DNA from: Dehalococcoidia bacterium
GTDB lineage: Bacteria > Chloroflexota > Dehalococcoidia > UBA2979
Assembly (NCBI GenBank): GCA_041690175.1
Contig: JAWLHV010000005.1
Span: 92,494-156,493 of the forward strand
DNA: 64,000 bases
Direction: 5' to 3'
Part shown: in pieces, positions 40,758 to 49,910 of the stretch
Position numbering within the stretch: position 1 is the stretch's first letter
How the letters are laid out: every line of letters begins with the position of its first letter
Made by a program: the position numbers and the translations under genes
The notes under the pieces: generated by a model
Told to the model about the DNA's origin: nothing
Database searches by the model: none
The model's input: only the letters and a program-made list of their open reading frames with translations

Positions 40758-41216
40758 ATGATCAACGCCACATCAGACACTCTTCCCCGGGAGCAGGGCC
40801 GAGTCGCCCAGCGACTCCTGCTGATCCCCCGGGTCATTGCGGGGCTGCCGCTCCTGGCCATCGGGCTCATGCACGTGATCGCAGACGGCTACGGCATGCG
40901 CCCACTTGTGGAGGCGGCCGGACTTCCTGCGGCGGCGCTGCTCTCGCCGGTGGCCGTCGCGGTCGAGGTCGTCGCCGGTGCGCTGCTGTTGCTCGGGGCA
41001 TTCGCCCGCGTGGGTGCCGCCCTGGCCCTGCCCGCGATGGCGGTCGCCGCCTACGCGCACGTCGCCATCGAGGAATGGCCGAACGCCGGCGGGGAGCCGC
41101 CGCTCGCGCTTCCGGTCATCGTCGCCCTCGCGGCAGCGGTGATCCTCGCGCGCGGCGCAGGGGCGTGGAGTGTGGACGCGCGACGAGGTCCGGCCGAGGA
41201 CGGCGAGACCGCCTGA
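40758..41216 (+). CDS. DoxX-family membrane protein
   Basis: ATG at 40758 preceded by GGAGGA. 4 TM helices with the DoxX pattern. Confidence 0.65.
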   Translation: MINATSDTLPREQGRVAQRLLLIPRVIAGLPLLAIGLMHVIADGYGMRPLVEAAGLPAAALLSPVAVAVEVVAGALLLLGAFARVGAALALPAMAVAAYAHVAIEEWPNAGGEPPLALPVIVALAAAVILARGAGAWSVDARRGPAEDGETA

Positions 41217-41248
41217 GTCGCTGGCGACCGCCGCAAGTCGGCCCAGGG

Positions 41249-42394
41249 TCAGTCCAGGGCGGGCGAATCGACCGGTAGCCGTACGGTCATGGTTGTGCCA
41301 CGGCCCGGTGCGCTCTCCGCGGTGAGCGCACCGCCGTGCGCTTCCACCAGTCCTCGAGCAATCGCCAGGCCGAGCCCGAAGCCGGACGAGCGCTGGTCCT
41401 TCGCGAAGCGCTCGAACACCCGGGGCAGTACGTCCGGATCGATGCCGGCGCCGGAGTCGGACACACGGATCTCGATCCACCCGTCGACCGCTTCCGCGGC
41501 GACCACGACGTCCCCCGGCCGGCTCGCGTGGCGGACGGCGTTCGAGAGCAGGTTCGCAAGCACCTCGCGCAGGCGCAGCGGATCGGCCTCCATGAGCGGG
41601 AGGTCCCCGCGGACCTCCGTCGCGAGGCGGACGCCCTCGCGGGTCGCGAGGTGGAGGTGGCTGGCGACCGCGTCCTCGATCAGTACCTCGAGGTCGACCG
41701 TCTCCGGGTGCAGCGCGAGCGTCCCCGCCTCGGCGAGGGTGACCGTCCAGAGGTCGTCCACCAGCCGGGAGAGGACGGCTACCTCGCCCAGCAGCATGGC
41801 GATGCGGGCCTCGTCCGCCGTGTGGATGCCGTCCTGGATCGCCTCCAACTCGCCCCGGATTACCGTGAGCGGCGTGCGGAGTTCGTGGCTGACGTCCGCC
41901 AGCAGGGTCTGCCGTGTCACCTCGTCCTGCTGGAGGCGGGCGGCCATGGTGTTGATCGCGTGCGCCAGCGCGCGGGTGGGCCCGAGCGACCAGCGCGGCT
42001 CCGGTACGCGCGCCTCGAAGTCGCCGTCCTCCAGGCGCGAGACCGCGCTGCCCAAGCCATCCAGCGCCCGGCCAACGCGGACAAGCAAGACCATGCTGGA
42101 GGTGAGGACGGTCACCACGAGGCCGAGCATCAGCAGCCACACACCGAGGGTGGCGCCCACCTCCAGCCCCGCGTCCACGGACGCCAGCGTGGCGGCCGCC
42201 AGTGTGAGCATGGCCACCAGACCGACGACCGCCAGCGCGACCACGAGGAAACAGCCGCACCCATAGGCGGGGCGCGCGCCACGCCTGCCACGTCGCCCAC
42301 GCCGGCCCTGGCTGCCTCGGCCCCCGGGCGGCCACGTTTCGCCCTCCGGCCACCATTCGGGCCGCTCGTCGGGCGGAGTCGGTCGGCTTGTCAC
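41249..42394 (-). CDS. sensor histidine kinase (HAMP-HisKA-HATPase_c)
   Basis: H-box VSHELRTPLTVIRGELE, N-box LANLLSNAVRH, and G-boxes DSGAGI...GFGLGLAI. The stop overlaps the response regulator start. Confidence 0.9.
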   Translation of the reverse strand: MTSRPTPPDERPEWWPEGETWPPGGRGSQGRRGRRGRRGARPAYGCGCFLVVALAVVGLVAMLTLAAATLASVDAGLEVGATLGVWLLMLGLVVTVLTSSMVLLVRVGRALDGLGSAVSRLEDGDFEARVPEPRWSLGPTRALAHAINTMAARLQQDEVTRQTLLADVSHELRTPLTVIRGELEAIQDGIHTADEARIAMLLGEVAVLSRLVDDLWTVTLAEAGTLALHPETVDLEVLIEDAVASHLHLATREGVRLATEVRGDLPLMEADPLRLREVLANLLSNAVRHASRPGDVVVAAEAVDGWIEIRVSDSGAGIDPDVLPRVFERFAKDQRSSGFGLGLAIARGLVEAHGGALTAESAPGRGTTMTVRLPVDSPALD

Positions 42395-43113
42395 GGGCGG
42401 CCGTCGGACGCGTGGTCGTCCGGCAGGTCGCGGTCATCCGCGAAGCGGTAGCCGATGCCGTAGACGCTGATGATGTAGCGGGGCCGCCCCTGTGCCGGTT
42501 CGAGTTTGCGCCGCAGGTTCTTGATGTGCGCATCAATGGCCCGCTCGTAGGACTCGAAAGCAACGCCGTGGATGGCATCCAGTAGTTGGCTCCGGGAAAA
42601 GATCCGGCCCGGTTGCCGGGCAAGGAGTTCCAGCAGGCGGAACTCCGTGGGTGTCAGGTCCACTTCTCGCCCCGCCACGTCCACGCGCATGGTCGCCACC
42701 TGCAGTCGGACGTCCCCCGCGCGCACCTCGTCACTGTCGGGCGCCGCCGGTCGCTCGGCGCGGCGAAGCACGGCACGGACCCGCGCCACCAGTTCGCGCG
42801 GGCTGAAGGGCTTGGTGATGTAGTCGTCCGCGCCGAGTTCGAGCCCCAGCACGCGGTCCAGTTCGCGGTCCCGGGCCGTGAGCATCACGATCGGGACCGC
42901 GGAGGTCTGGCGGAGCCGTCGCGTCACGTCCAGGCCGTCTGCGCCGGGCAGGCCCAGGTCCAGGATCACCAGGTTCGGTTGCCTGGCCTGGGCCATCGCC
43001 AGGGCGTCCTCACCGTCGCCGGAGGTGAGCACCTGGAACCCCGCGTGTTCCAGGTAGTCCCGCGCCAGTTCCACGATGCGCGGCTCGTCGTCCACGATGA
43101 GGATTGTGGTCAT
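42391..43113 (-). CDS. OmpR-family response regulator
   Basis: Receiver domain (ILIVDDEP...LVILDLGLPGADG) and winged-helix output domain (YIISVYGIGYRF). Confidence 0.9.
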   Translation of the reverse strand: MTTILIVDDEPRIVELARDYLEHAGFQVLTSGDGEDALAMAQARQPNLVILDLGLPGADGLDVTRRLRQTSAVPIVMLTARDRELDRVLGLELGADDYITKPFSPRELVARVRAVLRRAERPAAPDSDEVRAGDVRLQVATMRVDVAGREVDLTPTEFRLLELLARQPGRIFSRSQLLDAIHGVAFESYERAIDAHIKNLRRKLEPAQGRPRYIISVYGIGYRFADDRDLPDDHASDGRP

Positions 43114-43146
43114 TTCTGAATCGTAGTCGCGCCCAAACCTGCGCGA

Positions 43147-44091
43147 TCAGACGGCGATGATGACCTTCCCCCGTGCCCGGCCGGTCTCCAGGTAGCGGAT
43201 GGCTTCCGGGACGCCCTCCAGCGGGTAGCGTCGGTCGATCACCGGCACCATCTGGCCCGCTGCCACCAGCCCCGCCAGGTGCTCCAGGTCATCCGCGTTC
43301 GGCCTGCCCACCATGGAGGTCACCCGCCCCGGGGCGTCCGCGTCGTCGAGTGCCGGCTCGGCACCGCCCGCGTTGGCGACCGTGACGAGCACGCCATTCG
43401 CCGCGAGCGCCCGTCGGTACTCGGACAGCGGGCGATCTCCCACGGCATCCAGGACCAGGTCATACCGCTGCTCCGAGGTGGTGAAGTCTCCCTGCGTGTA
43501 GTCCACCGCGGCGTCCGCGCCAATCGAGCGCACCAGTTCGAGGTTCGGGGTGCTGCTCACGCCGGTCACGTGTGCGCCGCGTGACTTCGCGATCTGCACC
43601 GCGAAGGTGCCGACCCCCCCGGAGGCGCCGATGACGAGCACGCGCTGTCCTGCCTCGATCCGTCCGTGGTCGCGGAGGGCCTGGAGCGCAGTGATGCCCG
43701 CGATGGGGAGCGCCGCCGCTGACTCGTGCGACACGCCTGCCGGCATCTTCGCAACCCGACCCTCCGCCACTACGAGGTACTCCGCGAAGGCGCCGAGGCC
43801 CATCCCGAACACCTCGTCACCAGGCTGGACACGAGTCACCCCCGAGCCCACGGCCTCAACGGTGCCCGCGAAGTCCGCGCCCAGCGTCTGGCGTTCCGGG
43901 TTGGGGCGCTCCGTGCCGGACAGCATCCGCACCTGCGCCGGCTCGCCGCGCATCATGTGCCAGTCGTACGGGTTGGCGGACGCGGCGCGCACGCGCACCA
44001 GCACTTCGCCATCGCCGGCTTCCGGGCGGTCGATCTCCTCGGCCCGCAGGACCTCCGGCGGGCCGTACTCGTAATAGCGGACCGCCCTCAT
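43147..44091 (-). CDS. zinc-type alcohol dehydrogenase/NADPH:quinone oxidoreductase family protein
   Basis: Start at MRAVRYYEYGPPEVL (ATG 44091; alternative ATG 44121). Rossmann motif LVIGASGGVGTFAVQIA. Confidence 0.8.
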   Translation of the reverse strand: MRAVRYYEYGPPEVLRAEEIDRPEAGDGEVLVRVRAASANPYDWHMMRGEPAQVRMLSGTERPNPERQTLGADFAGTVEAVGSGVTRVQPGDEVFGMGLGAFAEYLVVAEGRVAKMPAGVSHESAAALPIAGITALQALRDHGRIEAGQRVLVIGASGGVGTFAVQIAKSRGAHVTGVSSTPNLELVRSIGADAAVDYTQGDFTTSEQRYDLVLDAVGDRPLSEYRRALAANGVLVTVANAGGAEPALDDADAPGRVTSMVGRPNADDLEHLAGLVAAGQMVPVIDRRYPLEGVPEAIRYLETGRARGKVIIAV

Positions 44092-44347
44092 GGTGCCGCT
44101 CGCCGAAACGCCGTTCGCCATCTCGAGCGCCGTCACGCCCGCCCGCCCATTCGGTAGCGGCGGTACCGGCGCGCGTGCCGCCGCCGCGCCGTGATCGCCA
44201 TGAGCACGAAGCCCAGGATGAGCCACTTCATCTACATGCCTCCCGTCGAGTCCCGTTGAGGGGCCATCGTCGCGGGAGAATGTGAACTCACTGCGGAGAC
44301 GCCACGGAGGGCTGTGGCATAGCGCGCAGCGGCGCGTGCCGCCTCGA

Positions 44348-45214
44348 TCAGTCGAGCCGGATGGTGCCGTCCAGCACGGTGACGGACGGGCCGCCGATCT
44401 CCACGTGGTCCGGCCCGTGCACGGACACCGCCACCCGGCCGTCGCGCTGCATCTGCATCCCCTGCGCCGCCAGGTAGGAGCGCCCCGTCTGCGACAGCAG
44501 CCCGGTGGCTCCGAGGTAGGCGCCCACCGAGGCGTTCCCGGAACCGCAGACCGGATCCTCCGGTACGCCGTCCCCGGGCGCGAACGAGCGGACGTGCACC
44601 CTAGCATCCCCCGAGCCCGGCGGGACGAGCGCGAACGCCGTGAGGCCCGTCAGTCCCGCGTCCGCCGAGAGCGCGGCGACGCCGGCCAGGTCCGGAACAG
44701 CCGCGGCCAGCGCTTCCGGGGAGGCGACCAGCGCGACCAGCCAGACCGGGCCCACGTCCACCGCGAGCGGTGCCGGTTCCGGGACGACCGGCACGCCGAG
44801 GAGCGCGGACAGCCGCTCGGCGGGCACGACCGTCTCCCGCAGCAGGGGCGGTGCGGGCACGCGCGCGGTGATGCGCCCCTCCTCCGCCCGCAGGGCGATT
44901 ACCCCCGCCAGGCACTCTTGCGTCAGCGTCCCGCCCTGGGCTGAGGCGAGCCCTGCCTCCAGCACCGCATGCGCGGAACCGACGGTGGGGTGTCCGGCGA
45001 ACGAGAGTTCGCGCGCGGGCGTGAAGATGCGCAGGCGGTAGGACGCAACTGCGGAGGGCAGCACGAAGGTGGTCTCGGAGAGGTTCGTCCAGCGGGCGAT
45101 GCGCTGCATCTCCTCGTCGGAGAGTCCGTCCGCGTCCAGCACCACGGCCACCGGGTTGCCCATGAATGGGCGGGTGGTGAAGACGTCCACCTGCTTGTAC
45201 GCGACCGTTCGCAT
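44348..45214 (-). CDS. PhzF-family isomerase
   Basis: Start at MRTVAYKQVDVFT (ATG 45214). PhzF signatures NPVAVV and FTPARELSFAGHPTVG. Confidence 0.8.
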   Translation of the reverse strand: MRTVAYKQVDVFTTRPFMGNPVAVVLDADGLSDEEMQRIARWTNLSETTFVLPSAVASYRLRIFTPARELSFAGHPTVGSAHAVLEAGLASAQGGTLTQECLAGVIALRAEEGRITARVPAPPLLRETVVPAERLSALLGVPVVPEPAPLAVDVGPVWLVALVASPEALAAAVPDLAGVAALSADAGLTGLTAFALVPPGSGDARVHVRSFAPGDGVPEDPVCGSGNASVGAYLGATGLLSQTGRSYLAAQGMQMQRDGRVAVSVHGPDHVEIGGPSVTVLDGTIRLD

Positions 45215-45403
45215 CTGGGCCTCCCTGGATTCGCGCTGATCGTAGAGGCGAGCGCGGGCGGATGACTCCTCTCGCGCCGCTCCAGACTGGCAAGGGATAC
45301 TGCCGAAGTGGTAGGTTGGCCCTCTCGGGCCCTCCGAACGCCCGTTCGCGCATTTGTATGCGCGTCTGAACAGTTCTCGCGGCAGCCTGGCGGTCACTCT
45401 CCC

Positions 45404-48400
45404 GTGTTCACCCACCTCCACACGCACACCGAGTACTCCCTCCTGGACGGCATGTCCAAGATCGAGCCGCTGGTGAAGCGGGCGAAGGAACTTGGCCAGG
45501 AAGCGCTGGCGATCACGGACCACGGCGCCCTGTACGGCGCCATCGAGTTCTACTCCACCGCGAAGAAGTACGGCGTGAAGCCGATCATCGGCATCGAGGC
45601 GTACGTCGCCCCGGGCTCGCGCTTCGACAAGGACGCCAAGAACCGCTGGCCGCACCACCTCACCCTGCTGGCGGAGAACGAGACCGGCTACCGCAACCTG
45701 CTGAAGTTGTCCTCCGCCGCCCACCTCGAGGGCTTCTACTACCGCCCGCGCATGGACAAGGAACTGCTGGCCGCGCACAGCGAGGGCCTGATCGCCCTCT
45801 CAGGCTGCCCGTCCGGCGAGTTCATGTCCGCCCTGCGCGAGGACGACGAGCACAAGGCCATGGAGGTCGCCGGCTGGTTCAGCGACGTCTTCAAGGACCG
45901 CTACTACCTGGAGACCATGGAGCACGGCATCGCGGAGTTCACGCCGCTGATGCCGCGGGTGTTCGACCTGGCCAAGCGGCTGAACCTCCCCACCGTGGTC
46001 ACCAACGACTCCCACTACACGAACCCGGACGACCACAAGGCGCACGAGGTCCTGTTGTGCATCGGCTCCAACAGCACGATCCACGACGAGGGGCGCTTCA
46101 AACTCGACGGGCACACCTTCTACCTCCGCAGCGAGGAGGAGATGCGCTCGCTCTTCCCGGATCACCCGGAGGCGGCGGACAACACCTGGGAGATCGCGGA
46201 GCGGGTAGACATTGACCTGCAGTTCGGCCGCACCCAGTTGCCGAACCCGGGCATCCCGGACGGCAAGACCGCGCGCGACTACCTCCGTGAACTCTGCGAG
46301 GAGGGCCTCTACCGCCGCTACTCAGACGTCACGGACGCGCACCGCGAGCGGCTACGCTTCGAACTGGACGTGGTGGCCCAGACGGGCTTCGACGAATACA
46401 TGCTCATCGTGCGGGACATCGCCCAGTACGCGAAGTCCAACGGCATCCGTATGGGCGTGCGTGGCTCGGCGGCCGCCTCGATCATCCTCTACACGCTGGA
46501 CGTCACGGACATTGATCCGCTGGCGTGGGGGCTGGTCTTCGAGCGGTTCCTGAACCCCGAGCGCCTGAGCATGCCGGACGTGGACTTCGACTTCGCGGAC
46601 GATCGGCGCGAGCAAATCATCCGCTACACCGTGGAGAAGTACGGCCGCGATCGCGTGGCGCAGATCTGCACCTTCGGCACGCTGGGCGCGAAGGCAGCGA
46701 TTCGAGACACCGGCCGCGCGCTGGGCATGGACTTCGGCGCCGCGGACCGCATCGCGCGGATGGTGCCGGACGCGCTGCACATCTCGCTGGCGGACGCACT
46801 GAAGCAGTCGCAGGACCTGCAACAGGCGTACGAGGCCGAGGCGCAGGTTCGCGAGCTGGTGGACACCGCCCAGGCACTGGAGGGCGTAGCGCGCCACTCC
46901 TCCACGCACGCCGCCGGCGTGGTCATCTCCAGTGAGCCGCTGACCAACGTGGTCCCGCTGCAGCGCGCCACCAGCAAGGACGCGGACTCCGAGGCCTCCG
47001 TCCCCACCACGCAGTACCCCATGGCCGACATCGACAAGATCGGCCTGCTGAAGATCGACTACCTGGGGCTCACCAACCTCAGCATCCTGGAGAAGGCGCT
47101 GAACCTCATCGAGGCGCGGCGCGGGGAGCGGGTGGACCTGCTCACCCTTCCGGACGGGGATCCCGCCACTGCGGAGGTGCTGAGCAACGGCGACACCTTC
47201 GGCGTGTTCCAGATGGAGTCGGCGGGCATGCGCCGCTACGTCATGGAACTGAAGCCCCAGAACGTCGCGGAACTCTCTGCCATGGTCGCCCTCTACCGCC
47301 CCGGGCCCATGGAGCAGCTCCCCACCTATATCGACGTGAAGCACGGCCGCGCCCAGCCGTACTACGCGCACCCGGACCTGAAGGAGATCCTGGAGGAGAC
47401 GTACGGCGTCATCACCTACCAGGAGCAGGTGCTGCACATCGCGCGGACGTTCGCCGGCTACTCCCTGGGCCAGGCGGACGTCATGCGCAAGGCCATGGGC
47501 AAGAAGATCGCTTCCGTCATGGTGGAGGAGCGCGAGCGCTTCCTCGCCGGCCTGCGCGAGCAGGGCTACGAGGAGAAACTCGGCAACGACCTCTTCGACC
47601 TGATCGAGCCGTTCGCCGGGTACGCCTTCAACAAGGCGCACGCCGTCTGCTACGGCGCCATCGCCTACCAGACCGCCTACCTGAAGGCGCACTACCCGGC
47701 CGAGTACATGACTGCCGTGCTGCAGGCCGCCAACGGCAACTCTGACCGCATCGCCGCCGCCATCGCGGAGTGCAACCGCCTCGGGATCCCCGTGCTGCAG
47801 CCGGACGTGAACCGCAGCGACGTCAACTTCGCCATCGAGGTGCTGGACGACGGCGCCGAGGCGATCCGCTTCGGCCTCGCGCAGATCAAGAACGTGGGCA
47901 TGGGCGGCGTGGAGGGCTTGATCGCGGAGCGCGAGGCCAAGGGCGAGTTCGAGTCCGTGGAGGACTTCGCGCGCCGCATCAACCCCCGCGACGTGAACAA
48001 GCGTGTCCTGGAGGCGCTGGCCAAGGCCGGCGCCATGGACAGCATGGCGGACCGCGGCGCCGTCATCACCGGCGTGGACCGCCTGCTCTCGCTCGCCCAG
48101 CAGGAGGCGCGCCTGCGCGACACCGGCCAGACGAGCATGTTCGATATGTTCGGCGACGAGGTGAACACGCCCCTGCCGGCGCTGGAACTGGAGTCCGTGC
48201 GGATCCCGCAGCCGCAGTTGCTGGCCTGGGAGAAGGAACTGCTGGGGACGTACATCTCGGAGCACCCCTTCGCCGCCGCGGCCCGGACGCTATCTCGCTA
48301 CACCACCCACCAGGCCGGTGAGATTGGCCCGGACGTTGCGGGCCAGGACGCCATCGTGGCGGGGCTCATCACCGGCATCCGCGCGCTGTCCACCAAGCAG

Positions 48401-49162
48401 GGCAAGCCCTTCGCCGCCGTCACCATCGAGGACCTGAGCGGCCAGGCGGAGGTCACGGTCTGGTCGGAGGCGTACGAGCGCTTCAAGCAGGCCGGCCTGC
48501 TCTTCGAGGGCAACATCCTGCTGCTGAAGGTCAACGTCCGCGCCCGGGGCGACCGCGTCTCCGCTGGCGTCTTCGAGGCGTGCGCGTACGACCAGGACGC
48601 CGGGCGCCTGGCGGCGGACTTCCAGCCGGGCAAGTTCCAGGTGCGGCCCTCCGGCGGCGGCTACGGCGGCGGGTTCACCCCGCGTCCGGCCGCGGTCCGC
48701 GAGCCACAGCCACCGCCCTACAACCCCGGCCCTCCGCCTGGCCCAGGAGGCCCCAACGGCACCGCCCGTACCCAGGCGGAGGGCACCTCAGACGCCCCTG
48801 CGCGCCGCCACCTGAAGGTGGTTGAGCCCGCCGGTGACGACGCCGCGCCGAGCGACCGCACGGTGGAGGCGGACACCGGCCCGCGCCGCCTGGTGGTGCG
48901 CATGGAGGAGACCACGGACGAGGCTGCGGACCGCCGCCGTATCCGTCGCATCTTCGAGACGCTGGACGAGGTCCCCGGTGACCTGTCGGTCGAGGTAATC
49001 ATCGAGCAGCGCGGCGGCGCCGTTGCGCGCCTGCAGCGGGGCGGCGTGGACGCGGCGGCCCTCGAGCGCCTCATCCCGCGCCTCAAGGCGCTGCTCGGCG
49101 TGCTCGGCGAGGCGCGCGAGGTGGGCGCGGCGGTCGCTGACCTCGCGGCCGTAGGCGGCTGA
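45404..49162 (+). CDS. dnaE: DNA polymerase III alpha subunit with C-terminal extension
   Basis: GTG start at 45404 gives VFTHLHTHTEYSLLDG (PHP domain). Polymerase core motifs are present throughout. A ~150-aa Pro/Gly-rich then acidic/helical C-terminal tail extends beyond the usual OB/tau-binding end. Confidence 0.9.
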   Translation: MFTHLHTHTEYSLLDGMSKIEPLVKRAKELGQEALAITDHGALYGAIEFYSTAKKYGVKPIIGIEAYVAPGSRFDKDAKNRWPHHLTLLAENETGYRNLLKLSSAAHLEGFYYRPRMDKELLAAHSEGLIALSGCPSGEFMSALREDDEHKAMEVAGWFSDVFKDRYYLETMEHGIAEFTPLMPRVFDLAKRLNLPTVVTNDSHYTNPDDHKAHEVLLCIGSNSTIHDEGRFKLDGHTFYLRSEEEMRSLFPDHPEAADNTWEIAERVDIDLQFGRTQLPNPGIPDGKTARDYLRELCEEGLYRRYSDVTDAHRERLRFELDVVAQTGFDEYMLIVRDIAQYAKSNGIRMGVRGSAAASIILYTLDVTDIDPLAWGLVFERFLNPERLSMPDVDFDFADDRREQIIRYTVEKYGRDRVAQICTFGTLGAKAAIRDTGRALGMDFGAADRIARMVPDALHISLADALKQSQDLQQAYEAEAQVRELVDTAQALEGVARHSSTHAAGVVISSEPLTNVVPLQRATSKDADSEASVPTTQYPMADIDKIGLLKIDYLGLTNLSILEKALNLIEARRGERVDLLTLPDGDPATAEVLSNGDTFGVFQMESAGMRRYVMELKPQNVAELSAMVALYRPGPMEQLPTYIDVKHGRAQPYYAHPDLKEILEETYGVITYQEQVLHIARTFAGYSLGQADVMRKAMGKKIASVMVEERERFLAGLREQGYEEKLGNDLFDLIEPFAGYAFNKAHAVCYGAIAYQTAYLKAHYPAEYMTAVLQAANGNSDRIAAAIAECNRLGIPVLQPDVNRSDVNFAIEVLDDGAEAIRFGLAQIKNVGMGGVEGLIAEREAKGEFESVEDFARRINPRDVNKRVLEALAKAGAMDSMADRGAVITGVDRLLSLAQQEARLRDTGQTSMFDMFGDEVNTPLPALELESVRIPQPQLLAWEKELLGTYISEHPFAAAARTLSRYTTHQAGEIGPDVAGQDAIVAGLITGIRALSTKQGKPFAAVTIEDLSGQAEVTVWSEAYERFKQAGLLFEGNILLLKVNVRARGDRVSAGVFEACAYDQDAGRLAADFQPGKFQVRPSGGGYGGGFTPRPAAVREPQPPPYNPGPPPGPGGPNGTARTQAEGTSDAPARRHLKVVEPAGDDAAPSDRTVEADTGPRRLVVRMEETTDEAADRRRIRRIFETLDEVPGDLSVEVIIEQRGGAVARLQRGGVDAAALERLIPRLKALLGVLGEAREVGAAVADLAAVGG

Positions 49163-49469
49163 GCGGCGCGACTAGACTCCGCGGATGCGGGTCCTGCATC
49201 CTGCGCGAACTCGGCTGTCAGCCACCCGTGGAACCCCGACATAGGCTTTCGCCGTACCGCCGGGCGGAGCGCATCGTCAGCCTCTCGTGAGCGCGCACTC
49301 GACCGGGTGAGACCGACGGCCAGAATTCAACAACTTCTGGCAGCAATTAGAGGCGAACGTATGACGTACGTCCTAAGCAAACAGTGACTTCACACCCCGA
49401 ACGCCCCACCGGATCCCTCGTAGCCTCTAAGTGTCGCCTCCTACCTGGCGACCAAGTCAGGGGATCAAG

Positions 49470-49877
49470 ATGGGTTTCCAATCGGTTGGATATCGCACAA
49501 GCCGTGGCCGTATGTGGGCCGTCGCGCTTGGGGTCGGCCTCGTGGGTGCGCTGGTGATCGGTGTGATCGCCGCGTCTACTGCCGGGAATACGGTGGAGGA
49601 GACGCGCGCCGGGGTCGGGCAGGGTTCCGTTACCGGCTACGACATCACCAGCGTCCACTACTCGCTGAACAGCCTGGACGCGACCAAGGTGGACGCCGTC
49701 TCCTTCGTCCTGGATGCAGGGCCACCGGCCGGGACCACCGTCCGCATCAAGCTCTTTGAGGCGTCGCCCAACTGGTACGACTGCACGATTTCCGGCGTCT
49801 CCGCCCTGTGCACCACTACATCGCCGCAGGCGACCGTAGTGGAGATCACCGAACTGGTCGTGGTCGCCGCGCAGTAG
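49470..49877 (+). CDS. small exported protein with SipW-cognate-like N-terminal signal region
   Basis: ATG at 49470 is preceded by AGGGGAT. A basic N-region and hydrophobic helix (WAVALGVGLVGALVIGVIAA) are followed by STAGNTVEETRAGV, a motif shared with the protein at 51565. The ~100-aa mature domain has two Cys. Confidence 0.6.
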   Translation: MGFQSVGYRTSRGRMWAVALGVGLVGALVIGVIAASTAGNTVEETRAGVGQGSVTGYDITSVHYSLNSLDATKVDAVSFVLDAGPPAGTTVRIKLFEASPNWYDCTISGVSALCTTTSPQATVVEITELVVVAAQ

Positions 49878-49910
49878 CGACTGCGAGAGCGACCGTCTCG
49901 AGGCACCGTC

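Noticed and set aside
43147-44607. N-terminal ~170 aa of the 486-aa ORF upstream of the quinone oxidoreductase
   Set aside because: The canonical MRAVRY... start at 44091 is internal. The upstream in-frame stretch has no MDR-family features.
44640-45778. 5' extension of the PhzF ORF and overlapping plus-strand ORFs
   Set aside because: The PhzF homology begins at MRTVAYKQ (45214). The upstream part overlaps the dnaE promoter region and is low complexity.
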